Both the position numbers and the translations under genes were made by a program. A DNA stretch of 53,598 nucleotides, from NCBI GenBank assembly GCA_036479435.1, contig JAZGFI010000093.1:1-53598 (forward strand). The letters are read 5' to 3'. The DNA is from Planctomycetota bacterium. Its GTDB lineage: Bacteria; Planctomycetota; GCA-002687715; DRQF01. The notes beneath the pieces were generated by a model, which did no database searches, was not told the origin of the DNA, and worked only from the letters and a program-made list of their open reading frames with translations. Positions 10,163-21,394 of this stretch are shown here, piece by piece. Position 1 is the first letter of the stretch, and each line of letters begins with the position of its first letter.

Positions 10163-10995
10163 GCTGCCACTCCAGAGTTCTGGACACGGCGCTTTCGTTC
10201 GCGCCACCAGAGGATCGATAGAAAAGTTCCCAGGCCCAGCAACGTGATCATGCCACCGGTGCGCATGATTTTCATGGCTACTGGGGCGTAGCTGTTCGAA
10301 TCGGGGTCATAGCCCAAAAAACAATAAAAGAGCACCTTGTCGAAGGCATCGCCGACGCGGCCGCCGGAAGCTTCGATCAAAGTAAAGCGCATCGTGCGCT
10401 CGGGAAACAAGACGCCGTAGACGTATCGCGAAATCTTGCCGTCCGGCGTCAAAACCATAAAGGCGGCGACGTGAATAAACTCGTCGCTTTCTTTGTCGAA
10501 CTTGAAGCCAAACCCGACGGAATCTGCAAGCCGCTTGATCCGCGACTTCGAGCCCGTAAGAAAATGCCATCCGGAAGCGGCGGCGGGTTTGCCCATCCGT
10601 TTGACGAACTCGCGCTTTTTACGTTGCGCGTCCGCGGGCGTCTCTTTCGGGTCGATGCTGATCGTGATGAGTTCAAACTCGACCCCGGGTGTCATCTTCA
10701 TTTCCTTCAGGACGTCAACCAATCCGTTCAGCTGTTTGCCGCAAAGCATGGGACAGCCCGCGTAGTTGAGCGTCAAGATCACCGGTCGCGAGCCCTTGAA
10801 GAATTTCGAGAGCGCCACGTGGTTGCCATGCTCGTCGCTGAACTCGAGGTCGAGCGGAACCTGGGCATTCAGCCGCTCGTCAATGCCAACTCCTGCGCGC
10901 ACATCCGGCAACAACTGCTGTGCACTGGCTACTGCGGGACAAACCGCCGCAGCCAAAGTACAGATGAAGACCAGGATGGTGGCAATTAAGCGCAT
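10159..10995 (-). CDS. SCO family copper chaperone
   Basis: CPMLC (CxxxC), WHFLTG, conserved His (FIHVA), C-terminal TM. Start set at ATG 10995. Confidence 0.92.
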   Translation of the reverse strand: MRLIATILVFICTLAAAVCPAVASAQQLLPDVRAGVGIDERLNAQVPLDLEFSDEHGNHVALSKFFKGSRPVILTLNYAGCPMLCGKQLNGLVDVLKEMKMTPGVEFELITISIDPKETPADAQRKKREFVKRMGKPAAASGWHFLTGSKSRIKRLADSVGFGFKFDKESDEFIHVAAFMVLTPDGKISRYVYGVLFPERTMRFTLIEASGGRVGDAFDKVLFYCFLGYDPDSNSYAPVAMKIMRTGGMITLLGLGTFLSILWWRERKRRVQNSGVAA

Positions 10996-11095
10996 GGTAT
11001 GAGTGCGAGTCCTTCCGAAAGCCAATGGCAAAAGATCAACAACAGGTTTAGGCAAGTACCGATCAGCCGAGCCACTTAGCTCGGCGCCGTTTAGT

Positions 11096-11407
11096 TCAGT
11101 TCTTGCGACGTTCTTTTTCGGTCTTAACCGCGAGATCCATGGCCGCGTCCAGGGGCAAGCGAGCAATGCCAGCTTGCTTGTCCATCCACTCGACACCTCC
11201 ACTCTCGGTCGTAAGGCTTTCTTTCTGCTTTTTTTCGAGCTGACGGGCCACCGACTGCTCGTAGTTCGAGGTGCGGATCACCTGATCCTGCTCGTTGCGA
11301 TCAAACCAGCCCGCGACGAGCCAAACCGAAATGACCGTCACAATCACGGTGATGGCAGAAGCCAGCACGATAGTCCGTGTGTTGGTGACGTCAATTTCAA
11401 CGGCCAT
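11096..11407 (-). CDS. Small single-TM protein, probable ACIII accessory subunit (ActG-like)
   Basis: Sits between actF and SCO; one TM; C-terminal WMDKQAGIARLPLDAAMDL resembles the tail of small ACIII-associated proteins. Confidence 0.65.
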   Translation of the reverse strand: MAVEIDVTNTRTIVLASAITVIVTVISVWLVAGWFDRNEQDQVIRTSNYEQSVARQLEKKQKESLTTESGGVEWMDKQAGIARLPLDAAMDLAVKTEKERRKN

Positions 11408-11421
11408 GGATGATGAGCCTC

Positions 11422-12651
11422 CTACTGAACGACCAACTCAAGTGACTCGCGCAGACGCGGATCACCATGAGCGATCAGGGGTTGTTTCGAAGTCAGCTGC
11501 ATCCCGTACGCGAGACCGATGAACGCCAACCCAAATACCGTGGCGACATCAATCAGCCCAAAGTGAACGCCGTGGCTGTTCATTAGAGGGCGGATAAGCC
11601 AAAACAGGTCCACCATCTGCATCAGGAGCAACCAGACCGCCCAACAGGATAGGACTTTCTTGTTGCGTTTAACGTGCCGCGACAAAAGACCGCCGAAGGG
11701 AATAAGGCAATGGCCAAAAATCAACACCAAGGACCAGTAGCCCCAACCGTGATTTTGGCGATGAACGAGCCACTCGGTCTCTTCGGGGATGTTCGCGTAC
11801 CAGTACAACATGAACTGGGAGAACGCGATGTAGCTCCAAAAGAACACGAAGCCAAAAAGCCACTTACCGAGATCGTGGTAGTGCTCTTTGGTCACAAGAT
11901 GACCAAAGTCGGGGTTCTTCGAGAGAAAAAACGCGGCGAGGATCATCGTGGAGTATATGGAAAGCGTACACCCAGCGAAGAAGTAGACGCCGAAGATCGT
12001 TGAGAACCAGTGCGGCTCAAGCGACATAATAAAATCAAAGGACGCAAAGGTCGCCGTCAAAGCGAAGACCAGCATTCCCGGGGCCGCTCGCGATTGGAGC
12101 CGTGTCGTGATCGCCGGATCACGCGTTTGGTCCTGCGTCAGCGAAGCCTTGCGGAAATAGCGCGCCATGAAAATCCACACCGTGAAGTAGAACACATAGC
12201 GGGCCACGAAAAATGGCATGTTCAAGTAGCCGGTCTTTTTGCTCACGACCGGATCGGCTTCCGCCCACGCGGCGTCGATCCAGGGAAAAAGTCCGCTGTA
12301 TCCAAACACGGTCGGGATCACGATGGGCAGAAACATCAGTCCGGCGATCGGGATCGTCCACATCGCGTTTTCGGCGATGCGGCGTAGCACGACACTCCAA
12401 CCCGAGCGGGTCAGGTGTTGGAGCAACACGAAGAACATCCCGCCCAAGCCGATGCTCAGCACAAAAGTCGCGCCAACGAGCCAAGCGAAACTCAAATGAC
12501 GCTTACCGTCTTCGGTCGTAAGACCCAGAACAACGGCGACGACGACCAAAACAATGCCTATTAAAGCAATGAGCTTGATCTTGCCGCGGCCGGCCTCCCC
12601 CATCATGGGGACGCGCTCCAGGGTGAGTTCAGTGGATGCAGGGTGACTCAT
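11422..12651 (-). CDS. actF: Alternative complex III subunit ActF (NrfD-like membrane subunit)
   Basis: Multi-TM; MSLEPHWFSTIFG, HDLGK, SQFMLYWYANIPEE. Confidence 0.9.
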   Translation of the reverse strand: MSHPASTELTLERVPMMGEAGRGKIKLIALIGIVLVVVAVVLGLTTEDGKRHLSFAWLVGATFVLSIGLGGMFFVLLQHLTRSGWSVVLRRIAENAMWTIPIAGLMFLPIVIPTVFGYSGLFPWIDAAWAEADPVVSKKTGYLNMPFFVARYVFYFTVWIFMARYFRKASLTQDQTRDPAITTRLQSRAAPGMLVFALTATFASFDFIMSLEPHWFSTIFGVYFFAGCTLSIYSTMILAAFFLSKNPDFGHLVTKEHYHDLGKWLFGFVFFWSYIAFSQFMLYWYANIPEETEWLVHRQNHGWGYWSLVLIFGHCLIPFGGLLSRHVKRNKKVLSCWAVWLLLMQMVDLFWLIRPLMNSHGVHFGLIDVATVFGLAFIGLAYGMQLTSKQPLIAHGDPRLRESLELVVQ

Positions 12652-13862
12652 TTGAGCTGGTTCCTTAGCTCAGCCGGCAGGTCGCTGACCTTGGCGTTGC
12701 GCTGGAGTTGCAGGGCCTTTAAGTAGAGCACGATAGCCCAGCGATCTTCCGCCACAATTTGAGAGCCATAGCCCTTCATCGTGCGGACGCCATTGCTAAT
12801 CGTGTCGAAAAGCTGCCCCGGAGGGCGTTTGTTGACGGGGTCTTCATGAATACTCGCCGGCTTTATGAACGCGCCGTAAAGCCTCTCTTGAGCTCGCACC
12901 GCAACGGCGCCATCGCCATCGCCGGCGTAGCCGTGACAGACCGCGCAGAAGATATCAAAGCGGTTCTTGCCGCGATCGATCATCTCACGGGTTACCGGAA
13001 TCGGAATGACCTGGGCCCAGTCGTTCTCCCCCGGTCCGGTTTTTCCGGTTTGCGTCGAGTCCGCTTCGATCATCTCGCCAAAGGCCTGAGTTCCCGCGAC
13101 TTGAGCGCGCATCATGCGGCCATCCGCAAAGAACTTGCTTTCGGCTTGGGCGCGACCGTAGGCCTGATGATCCATGTCCTTCACGAGGTGAAAGCGCGGG
13201 ATTTCAGTTTTCTTGGCGCGGGCCCGGTAGGCAAGCGCGAACGGGACGAAACTCAGCACCGTTAAGCCGATTAGGCAGGCGACGAGAACTTTGGGAAGGT
13301 CGCCGCCGCCAGTTTCTTCGTGACACATGTCAACCGAATCAGCACCGGTGGCCTCAAGCAAGCTTGCGACTTTCTTTTCGTCGAAGGCCGGGTCAGCGGC
13401 TTCAATCACGACGAAGAAACAGTCATCGGTTGAACGCTTGAAACGCTCCACGTGGTGCAGGGGGCTGTAGAGCCGCGGCAATTTGTTCAGGACGATGACG
13501 CAGAAAAACGTCGTTACCGCCGCGAACAGGACCGTACCCTCGAAGATGACCGGGACGTTCGCGGGCAAACTGAACAGCGGTTTACCGGAAATCGAGAAGG
13601 GATAGTCGACGGCGTTCATCCACCACTGCATCAAGACCGCGCCCGCTAAGCCGACTAAACCGGCTCCCAAGGCAATCCAGGGCAAGACGGTGGGTCGTAC
13701 GCCCATGGCGTCATCCAGGCCATGCACGGGAAAAGGCGTGTGACAATCCCACTTGGTAAAGCCAGCATCGCGAACCTTCGCGGCGGCGGCCATAATGCCG
13801 TCGACATCGTGGTACTCGGCGATGACGCCGTGAAGGCGAGTTTCTTTGGCTTGGTCGCTCAT
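12648..13862 (-). CDS. actDE: Fused ACIII ActD (DUF3341)-ActE (monoheme cytochrome c)
   Basis: N-half [10 protein letters not shown]...GKPLFSLPA (ActD); C-half DMDHQA, CAVCHG and EDRWAIVLY (ActE) in one ORF. Confidence 0.88.
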   Translation of the reverse strand: MSDQAKETRLHGVIAEYHDVDGIMAAAAKVRDAGFTKWDCHTPFPVHGLDDAMGVRPTVLPWIALGAGLVGLAGAVLMQWWMNAVDYPFSISGKPLFSLPANVPVIFEGTVLFAAVTTFFCVIVLNKLPRLYSPLHHVERFKRSTDDCFFVVIEAADPAFDEKKVASLLEATGADSVDMCHEETGGGDLPKVLVACLIGLTVLSFVPFALAYRARAKKTEIPRFHLVKDMDHQAYGRAQAESKFFADGRMMRAQVAGTQAFGEMIEADSTQTGKTGPGENDWAQVIPIPVTREMIDRGKNRFDIFCAVCHGYAGDGDGAVAVRAQERLYGAFIKPASIHEDPVNKRPPGQLFDTISNGVRTMKGYGSQIVAEDRWAIVLYLKALQLQRNAKVSDLPAELRNQLK

Positions 13863-15280
13863 CCCTGGCCTCCCCCCTTCGCGTGATGCTGGTGGCTCGG
13901 GTGTGCTTGGGGCATGGTCGCCTTCACTTCTGCAATCGCGACGACCGGCAAGAAGCGGCAGAAGAGCAAGAACAGGGTAAAGAAGAGTCCGAAGCTACCC
14001 AGCAGGGTCAGGATGTCGAGCAAAGTTGGACTGAAGTAGCCCCAACTCGAAGGCAAAAAGTCCCGGCTGAGCGAGGTGACCGTGATCACAAAGCGCTCGA
14101 ACCACATTCCGATGTTCACGAAAATGCAGACGATGAACATCAAGACTGGCGTGGTGCGGACTTTCTTAAACCAAAAGAGCTGCGGCGAGATGACGTTGCA
14201 AGTCACCATGATCCAGTAAGCCCAAGCGTAGGGGCCAAAGGCACGGTTCAGAAAAGTAAACCCTTCATAGGGGTTGCCGCTGTACCAAGCCATGAAGAAC
14301 TCGATGCCGTAGGCGTAGCCCACCATCGTGCCGGTCAGCAAAATGATCTTGCACATGTTGTCCATGTGCCGGATCGTCATGATGTCTTTCAAGTCAAAGA
14401 AGTGACGCGCCGGAACCATCAAGGTGACGACCATCGCGAAGCCGGAGAAAATGGCTCCGGCGACGAAGTAGGGCGGAAAGATCGTGGTGTGCCAACCCGG
14501 GAGCTGAGCAACGGCAAAGTCCATCGAGACGACGGAGTGAACCGAGAGCACCAGCGGCGTCGCCAGTCCAGCGAGGATCAAGTACGCGCGCTCGTAGCGG
14601 TGCCACTCACGGTTGGAACCGGTCCAGCCCAGGGCAAAGATCCCGTAGGCAACGCGGCGAATCTTGGTCTGGGCGCGATCGCGCAAGGTCGCGAGGTCTG
14701 GGACCATGCCGAGGTACCAAAACAACACCGACACGGTGGCGTAAGTCGAGACCGCAAACACGTCCCACAACAAGGGGCTGCGAAAGTTCGGCCACATGTT
14801 CATCTGGTTAGGAATCGGAAACAGCCAATACGCAAACCAGATGCGGCCGACGTGAATCGCCGGGAACAGCCCGGCGCAGGCGACAGCAAAGATCGTCATC
14901 GCCTCGGCAAAACGGTTGATACTCGTACGCCATTTCTGTCTAAACAGAAACAAAACGGCGGAGATCAAGGTTCCGGCGTGACCGATTCCGACCCAAAACA
15001 CGAAGTTGACGATCGGCCAACCCCAACCCACCGGGTTGTTGTTGCCCCAGACGCCGACCCCGGTCGCGATCAAATAGGTGACCGAAGCCCCCAAGATCCC
15101 GAGCATGCCGACCGCGAATGCGAAGCAGATTTTCCAGGCCTTGGTGGCCTGAGGCGCTTCGGCGATCCCCGCGATCTTGTTGGTGATCGAAGTGAAGTCG
15201 TTGCCGCCGACGATCAAAGGCGTGCGTTGCCTCGGATCGTCGTAGGAGTTGTCCAAAGATGTATCGACTGCCGTACTCAT
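13859..15280 (-). CDS. actC: ACIII quinol-oxidising subunit ActC (NrfD/PsrC family)
   Basis: [60 protein letters not shown]. Confidence 0.95.
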   Translation of the reverse strand: MSTAVDTSLDNSYDDPRQRTPLIVGGNDFTSITNKIAGIAEAPQATKAWKICFAFAVGMLGILGASVTYLIATGVGVWGNNNPVGWGWPIVNFVFWVGIGHAGTLISAVLFLFRQKWRTSINRFAEAMTIFAVACAGLFPAIHVGRIWFAYWLFPIPNQMNMWPNFRSPLLWDVFAVSTYATVSVLFWYLGMVPDLATLRDRAQTKIRRVAYGIFALGWTGSNREWHRYERAYLILAGLATPLVLSVHSVVSMDFAVAQLPGWHTTIFPPYFVAGAIFSGFAMVVTLMVPARHFFDLKDIMTIRHMDNMCKIILLTGTMVGYAYGIEFFMAWYSGNPYEGFTFLNRAFGPYAWAYWIMVTCNVISPQLFWFKKVRTTPVLMFIVCIFVNIGMWFERFVITVTSLSRDFLPSSWGYFSPTLLDILTLLGSFGLFFTLFLLFCRFLPVVAIAEVKATMPQAHPSHQHHAKGGGQG

Positions 15281-15287
15281 TCTCGAT

Positions 15288-18200
15288 CTATCCAAGAACG
15301 GGGTTCGGATTGCGTACCTCGGCGAGGTACAGATTACGAGGCTTAATGTTCAGCTCTTCCAAGAGCGCGTAGCTGCGAAGGTCCAAGTGGGCCTTTGAGA
15401 CTTCGCTGTTCTTGTCGTTCAAGTCACCAAAGGTGATCGCGTTCGTGGGGCAAGCCTGCTGGCAAGCGGCCACGACGTCACCGTCGCGGAGTTCGCGTTT
15501 TTCGAGGCGAATCGTCTGCTTAGTGGACTTGATGCGCTGAATACAGAAGGTGCATTTCTCCATGACTCCGCGCGCACGAATCGTGACATCCGGGTTTTTG
15601 GAGAGTCGCTTCACATCGTTCTTCGGATCGTAGAGATCCTTGTTGTAGTTGAAGAAGTTGAAGCGTCGGACCTTGTAGGGGCAGTTGTTCGCGCAATAGC
15701 GAGTTCCGACACAGCGGTTGTAAACCATGTCATTGATGCCTTCGCTCGAGTGAATCGTCGCCGCCACTGGGCAAACCTGTTCACAGGGAGCATTTTCGCA
15801 GTGCTGGCAAGCCAAGGGCTGACCGACGGCGCGCGGCGTTTCCGGATCGGCGCCCGCAAAGTAGCGATCGAGACGAATCCAGTGCATCTCGCGTCCTTTG
15901 AGGACGTCTTCTTTGCCGACGATAGGAATGTTGTTCTCGCTTTGGCAACCGATAATGCAGGCGTTGCAGCCCATGCATTTATTCAGGTCGATGCCCATGC
16001 CCCACTGGTGGGTCGCGTCGTAGCTCTGCTCTTCGAAGGGCGAGATCAGGGGCGGGTGGTGTACAACGTGCTTCGCGAAGTCGGGGTGCTTTTTGTAGTG
16101 CTCAAGATCCGTCGAGCGAACGAGGGCGCCGAGGCGCGCGTCGAGGCCTTCCTTCGCCAGCTTGTCGTCGATGGCAAAGTGCTCTTGGGTCGTCGCGAGC
16201 TTGTGGGTCTCGGCGAGCTTGGTGAGCTTCACTCCGGTCGCAAAGGCTGAAGCGACGCTGGTGCGGATCGCCGAGGCATCAAAGCCGACCGGATCAATAC
16301 CCTCGGCTTTCGATCCGCCGATGCTACCCGCTTCCGTGCGACCATAGCCCAGCGATAAGCCCAACGAGTTGGTCGCTTGTCCCGGCATGACGTGAATCGC
16401 GACTTTGAGTTTGCGACCACTCAGTTCGAGTTCGACCATATCGCCCGTCTCAAGATCGAGATGTACGGCGGTATTGGGCGACACGTTGAGCGCGTTGTCC
16501 CAAGTCAACTTGGTCATGTAGTCGGGCAGTTCTTGCAGCCAACCGTTGTTGGCAAAGCGCCCGTCGTGAACCTTGGTGCAGGCGGTGAAAGTAATCTCAT
16601 ACTCACCCTTGCCCGCCGCTTCGACGGCCAGCGGCTTCCGCTCCAGGGCCCCCGCCGGCAAGGCGCGGGCCGTCGGTGTCGAAAGGGTGCCGTTGGACGA
16701 GCCCACAAATCCGTCGTGGAGGCTCTTTCTCCAAATGCCGTCGAAACCGGCAGCGCCGATTTGTTCTTTCAGTGCGCTCTTCACCAAGTCAGAGGACTTG
16801 GGGGCTTTATCGCCAAGGACGAGAGCCAAGGTTTCAGGGACGGTCTTGCAAGCCGGATAAAGCGGCGCGATGAGCGGCTGCGCCAAGGTAATCGAGCCAT
16901 CCCAAGCGCGCGCATCTCCCCAGCTTTCGAGGAAGTGCGTCTGCGGCAGGACCCAATGGCAACGGCGGGCCGTTTCGTTGTCGTGCAAGCTCAGATGCGC
17001 CGAGTGGGCGACTTTCGCCAACGCCGCGCCGAAATCGATATCGGCGGGAGCGTCGTAGACCGGGTTGCCACCCAAGACAACCAAGGTGTCGACTTCACCG
17101 CCATCCATGCGTCTCGTCAGTGCGGCCAAGCCCTCGGGCCCGGTGTTGTCCCACGCGGGCAACGTGTAGGTCACGGTCTTGCCGACCGCGCCGAGCTTGG
17201 CGTTGATCTGGTGGGCCAAGGCCTGCACGGCAGCGGGCTGATTCGGCCCGGCGATGACGACGGCGGCGCCGCGGTTCGACACGAGATCTTCGTGGATCGC
17301 CTGGAGGAATTTTTTGACCTCAGCGGATTCAGAGGCCGCTGAGCCCTTGCCTTCGACACGGTCGAGAAGCGAGGCGGCGAAACTGCCGATGAGACTGCTC
17401 TTCAGGGCCAGTCGATTGTCGGCCGACGCACCGGTCGAGGAGAACTGACTCTCAACGGCGTAGAAGCGGTTCATCGAGCCGCCCTTCGGATCTCGGCCGG
17501 CGGCCCAGCCGCGCGAAAGGCTCTGGTGATCGGGATGGTCGCCGAACAAGTCTGCGTCGAGCGCGACAATCACCTTGGCTTTTTCGAGATCGTAATGGGC
17601 GCGGAAGGGCTGGCCGAAGGCCATCTCTGCACCCTTTTTCAGGTTCTCGTAGCCCGCGGATTCATAGCTGGTCCAGGACGCGCCCGGGAAGGCCGTCATC
17701 ACGCGCTTTCTCAGCGCCGCGACCGTGACTGAACTCGAGGCTTCGCTCAAAAAGGCGAGCTTTTGGCCCTGCCCTTTCAATCGCTCGAAAACCGGCCCCA
17801 TGGCCTGCGCAAACTCTTCCCAGTTGCTAGCGCGCTTGCCTTCATCACCCTTCGTGGGACCCCAAACCGAATGCACCCGTTCGGGGTCGCAAAGGCCGAG
17901 GATGCTCGCCTGCGAAAAGACATCTGCCGCGCCGAGGCTGGCGCCGTGCAGAGGGTTTCCTTCGATCTTGGTGGGACGGCCATCGTAGCTGGTGACGAGC
18001 AAGGGATGCCCAACACCGCCCATTTCCATCGAAGTTGCGAAGCGACGCGGAACGCCGGGAGTCGTGCCCGCCTGGCGCTGCGCCATCGGCATGATCTTTT
18101 CAACGTCCCAGCGGCAAGACTGCAAACCCGCAAGGGCCACCGAGGCCCCCATAAGCTGCATGAAGCGCCGGCGTTCGATACTGGAGGGGTTGACCGTGTC

Positions 18201-18290
18201 GTGACCTGGCAACTCGAGTTCGAGGTGCTTTTTGAACTCATCGTCGCCGTTGAGTTCGCCAAGGCTACGCCAAAAGGTCTCTTCTTTCAT
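15288..18290 (-). CDS. actB: ACIII ActB (molybdopterin-oxidoreductase-like domain plus Fe-S domain)
   Basis: FWRSL N-terminus; Tat-like [12 protein letters not shown]...C; Fe-S motifs [39 protein letters not shown]...CQQAC. ATG 18290 overlaps the actA stop; 18299 is an alternative start. Confidence 0.95.
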   Translation of the reverse strand: MKEETFWRSLGELNGDDEFKKHLELELPGHDTVNPSSIERRRFMQLMGASVALAGLQSCRWDVEKIMPMAQRQAGTTPGVPRRFATSMEMGGVGHPLLVTSYDGRPTKIEGNPLHGASLGAADVFSQASILGLCDPERVHSVWGPTKGDEGKRASNWEEFAQAMGPVFERLKGQGQKLAFLSEASSSVTVAALRKRVMTAFPGASWTSYESAGYENLKKGAEMAFGQPFRAHYDLEKAKVIVALDADLFGDHPDHQSLSRGWAAGRDPKGGSMNRFYAVESQFSSTGASADNRLALKSSLIGSFAASLLDRVEGKGSAASESAEVKKFLQAIHEDLVSNRGAAVVIAGPNQPAAVQALAHQINAKLGAVGKTVTYTLPAWDNTGPEGLAALTRRMDGGEVDTLVVLGGNPVYDAPADIDFGAALAKVAHSAHLSLHDNETARRCHWVLPQTHFLESWGDARAWDGSITLAQPLIAPLYPACKTVPETLALVLGDKAPKSSDLVKSALKEQIGAAGFDGIWRKSLHDGFVGSSNGTLSTPTARALPAGALERKPLAVEAAGKGEYEITFTACTKVHDGRFANNGWLQELPDYMTKLTWDNALNVSPNTAVHLDLETGDMVELELSGRKLKVAIHVMPGQATNSLGLSLGYGRTEAGSIGGSKAEGIDPVGFDASAIRTSVASAFATGVKLTKLAETHKLATTQEHFAIDDKLAKEGLDARLGALVRSTDLEHYKKHPDFAKHVVHHPPLISPFEEQSYDATHQWGMGIDLNKCMGCNACIIGCQSENNIPIVGKEDVLKGREMHWIRLDRYFAGADPETPRAVGQPLACQHCENAPCEQVCPVAATIHSSEGINDMVYNRCVGTRYCANNCPYKVRRFNFFNYNKDLYDPKNDVKRLSKNPDVTIRARGVMEKCTFCIQRIKSTKQTIRLEKRELRDGDVVAACQQACPTNAITFGDLNDKNSEVSKAHLDLRSYALLEELNIKPRNLYLAEVRNPNPVLG

Positions 18291-18946
18291 CGATGGCATG
18301 TGGAGCAGTCCGTCGACGGGTTGATGTGTTTGTCTGCAATCATTTGTCGGTTCAAGGCAAGCTGGGCGTCACTGACTTCCCAGCCCATTTTCGTCACTTG
18401 ATCGAGCGGGCGGATGTGGGCCTCGGGGTTGCGGTGGCAATCGACACACCAGCCCATGCTGAGCGGCTTCGCCTGATAGACCTCAACCATGGTGTCAACA
18501 CGACCGTGGCAGGTTTCGCAGCCGACACCCTTTAGAACGTGCGCCGAGTGATTGAAGTACACGTAGTCCGGAAGGTCGTGCACTTTGATCCATTCGATCG
18601 AATTTCCGGTCTCGTAGCTTTCTTCGATGAGTCGGATCTTGCGCGCGATCTGATTCTTACCTTTGATCCCGGTATGGCAGTTCATGCAGGTCGCCGTCGG
18701 CGGGATTGCCGCGAAGGCCGCGGTCTCGACCGTCGTGTGGCAGTAGCGGCAGTCGATGTTCAAATCGCCCGCGTGCAGCTTGTGACTGTATGGAACCGGC
18801 TGCGTCGGCATGTAGCCGACGTTGAGCGTCTCTGGTGACGCGCCATAGCCAAAGAGAACCACCGCGTAAAGCGGGCCGCCGAGCATGGCGCCAGCGAGGA
18901 TGAACCTCACCTTGTTCACCCATTTCGGGAAAATTGCTAAGCCCAT
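18287..18946 (-). CDS. actA: ACIII ActA pentaheme cytochrome c
   Basis: N-terminal TM and five CxxCH motifs (CRYCH, CMNCH, CETCH, CVDCH, CSTCH); LPDYVYFNHSAH. Confidence 0.95.
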   Translation of the reverse strand: MGLAIFPKWVNKVRFILAGAMLGGPLYAVVLFGYGASPETLNVGYMPTQPVPYSHKLHAGDLNIDCRYCHTTVETAAFAAIPPTATCMNCHTGIKGKNQIARKIRLIEESYETGNSIEWIKVHDLPDYVYFNHSAHVLKGVGCETCHGRVDTMVEVYQAKPLSMGWCVDCHRNPEAHIRPLDQVTKMGWEVSDAQLALNRQMIADKHINPSTDCSTCHR

Positions 18947-19248
18947 TTATTGTCACCAAATCCGGTTTCGATGGAGACGAGCCGCCACAATGTCGCGGAT
19001 ACCTGGTGGTCACAAGCCGAGGGGGGGTGCGACACTTTGCACGCGCCTTAGCCGCGTTATGGTCCCTCATCTATCACACTGGGGTGACGGGCAATCTAAA
19101 TTGTTTGATTTAAAAGGGTTAGAGCACGCGGCCCAAACGCAAAGGCCACTCCCATCCGAGACAAATTCGCAACGTGAAACCGCCAGGAAAAACTCGATCG
19201 AGTTTCCCGGGGAGCCGCCATCAGCTCACAATTATTATTAAGTCCCCA

Positions 19249-21222
19249 TCAGCGAATTTGGAGCTCTCGCTCCTCTCCCGGCACGAGGGTCACTTCGACC
19301 CCGCGAGGGCCCCTTAGGGCCTTCAAATTGAGGCCCGGATCAACCCGTTCGACGCGGTAACTACCGGCCGGAATCCCCGGGATGACGAAAGCGCCATGGC
19401 GATCAGCGTTGACGCGGAACACCGGCCCCGATGCTCCGCCTAGGGGTCGCATCACGATGACCACGGGAGTCCCAAGTTTTTGATTCCGGTCATCAACCCG
19501 AATCGCGACCTGTCCCCGCAGTGTCGCCCCCGGCTCAAGGGTCAGGTCTCCAAGATCGACGTCCACGGCACCCGCACGTACCTCAATCGGAGTGTCGGAC
19601 TCATAGGCCGCATAGCGGCCGTGCCGGATGCGCAGGGTGTAGGTCCCGGGCATGAGTCGGCGCACCGACCACAAGCCCTTATCTTGGGACCTCCCTCGCC
19701 GCGTTGGCGTCTTGATGTGGCCGAAAAGCTTCGCCCTGAGGGCGGCTTGCTGATTGCGAGCGCTGGTCAAGACTTCGATGGTCGCCCCGCGAAGCCCCTG
19801 GCCTTTGCTATCGATGATGCGTCCCTTCAAAGTGGCACCACGGGTCAGGCGAATTTCGACCGGCGCCGGATCGCGGCCGTCGACGAGGTGAATGACCTCG
19901 CTTCGGCCGCCCGCAAAGCCTCTCGCCTTGGCAAACAAATAGATCCGGCCCGAAGGCTGGGAGGGCTGAAAGTCGAACCGCCCCGTCACGTCGTGAAAGC
20001 GCTGGTGCATCGATGCGATGTCGTGAGCGAGCTCCGGCGTGCCGCTCGCGATCAGGCTAAAGTTCTTAACTGGAGCCCCCCTGTCGTCGACAACGGTCCC
20101 CACGACCATCGGGTGCGGCCGCAACTTCACTAGGGTGTCCGCCGTCCCGGTGCGCGCAACGGCAAAGGCGCCTCGGCGGGCAAACCCCTTGGCTCGAACG
20201 CCTAAGTTGTAGCTGCCTGCCAACAGGCCTTCGCAGCGAAAAAGGCCGCCAGGGCCACTTAAAGTCGGTGGCTGGGGCGGGTAGGTCTTTCGTTTTTCCT
20301 TCGCATTGCGCACGCGCACCGCGGTAATCACCGCGTTCTCGACGCCGCGGCCCTCTTGATCTTCAATGCGGCCTTCAATGAAGCTCCCCGCCTCAAAGAC
20401 GAACTCCAAGCTCGCGGCGTGCTGCCCGCGCTGCAGAAAAATCTTCGTATTGATCTGAGTCGAATAGCCGAGTTTTTTTCCCCAGGCCCGTTTCGATCCC
20501 GGCGTCAGATGCACGAGGACGAAGTTGCCATCGGCATCTGTCGTGGCGCGGCGTTCGTAGGAACCTGCGGCAAAGGAGTCGAATCCGTGGCGAGTCTGGT
20601 CCATGAGCGTCACTTCGACGCCAGCCAGAGCTCTGCCGCTGTGATCTTGGGCGTGGCCGGAAAGAGTCACGCCCTCAACCAAAGTCACATTGACCGCTTT
20701 GGATTGCCCGGGCACGAGCCCCAAAGCGCCGATCACCTTGTCGGAGTAGTTGGGGTGGTAAACGCGGAGGCAAAGATCGTCGAGCGCCGGTAGCGGCCCA
20801 AAAACGTAGCGACCTTTTGGGTCGCTGAAACACTCATCGACCGTGTCACCGTAGATCGTCTGCAATGAGGTTGGTGAGATGTCTTGGCTGACCAAGAGTC
20901 GAGCGCCGGGCACCACGCGCCCCTCAAGGTCACGAACCAGACCACGAAGGGAGCCTTCGTCCAGCTCCTCCGAGAGTTCAATTTGGAACAAGCCGTCGGC
21001 GGCGAGGGGCGTCCCGCCGGCCATCGCTTCGTGCTCTGTTTCAACCGCGATGTGGCGACGAACGCCCAAAGACTCGGGCTCGTCGAGCGCATCCAAAACT
21101 TGCGACCCCGACTCGACCTCGAATTCATCGAGACCGCCACTATCCCAGACAATCAGGCCTGCGACACCTCCAAGCAAAAGGAGGGCCATCAAAGCCAGTG
21201 CCATCGCAATGTCCTTACGCAT
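19249..21222 (-). CDS. Membrane-anchored protein with tandem carboxypeptidase-regulatory-like beta-sandwich repeats
   Basis: N-terminal TM; repeated GxVxDxxGxxVxGA ... DGxF ... L.PG.Y units. Confidence 0.75.
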   Translation of the reverse strand: MRKDIAMALALMALLLLGGVAGLIVWDSGGLDEFEVESGSQVLDALDEPESLGVRRHIAVETEHEAMAGGTPLAADGLFQIELSEELDEGSLRGLVRDLEGRVVPGARLLVSQDISPTSLQTIYGDTVDECFSDPKGRYVFGPLPALDDLCLRVYHPNYSDKVIGALGLVPGQSKAVNVTLVEGVTLSGHAQDHSGRALAGVEVTLMDQTRHGFDSFAAGSYERRATTDADGNFVLVHLTPGSKRAWGKKLGYSTQINTKIFLQRGQHAASLEFVFEAGSFIEGRIEDQEGRGVENAVITAVRVRNAKEKRKTYPPQPPTLSGPGGLFRCEGLLAGSYNLGVRAKGFARRGAFAVARTGTADTLVKLRPHPMVVGTVVDDRGAPVKNFSLIASGTPELAHDIASMHQRFHDVTGRFDFQPSQPSGRIYLFAKARGFAGGRSEVIHLVDGRDPAPVEIRLTRGATLKGRIIDSKGQGLRGATIEVLTSARNQQAALRAKLFGHIKTPTRRGRSQDKGLWSVRRLMPGTYTLRIRHGRYAAYESDTPIEVRAGAVDVDLGDLTLEPGATLRGQVAIRVDDRNQKLGTPVVIVMRPLGGASGPVFRVNADRHGAFVIPGIPAGSYRVERVDPGLNLKALRGPRGVEVTLVPGEERELQIR

Positions 21223-21394
21223 ATCGACCTACCCTATACCCTAGTTGGCGAATGGATATCGAAGCTGGGACGCCCAAGCCGGGGAAACTGGGCTGAGTTT
21301 CCGCCAGGGATGATTATGCAATCCCGCCTCTGGATGGATCGAATTCTTCGGATTTTGACTTGAGCAAAACTGCGAAAGAACACCGAAATCGGGC

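Noticed and set aside
13883..15346. 487-aa plus-strand ORF
   Set aside because: Antisense shadow of actC caused by GC-rich codon bias; no recognisable motifs.
15288..18290. ActB as an active molybdoenzyme (nitrate, polysulfide or formate reductase)
   Set aside because: Context and architecture match ACIII ActB, whose molybdopterin-like domain is known to lack the cofactor.
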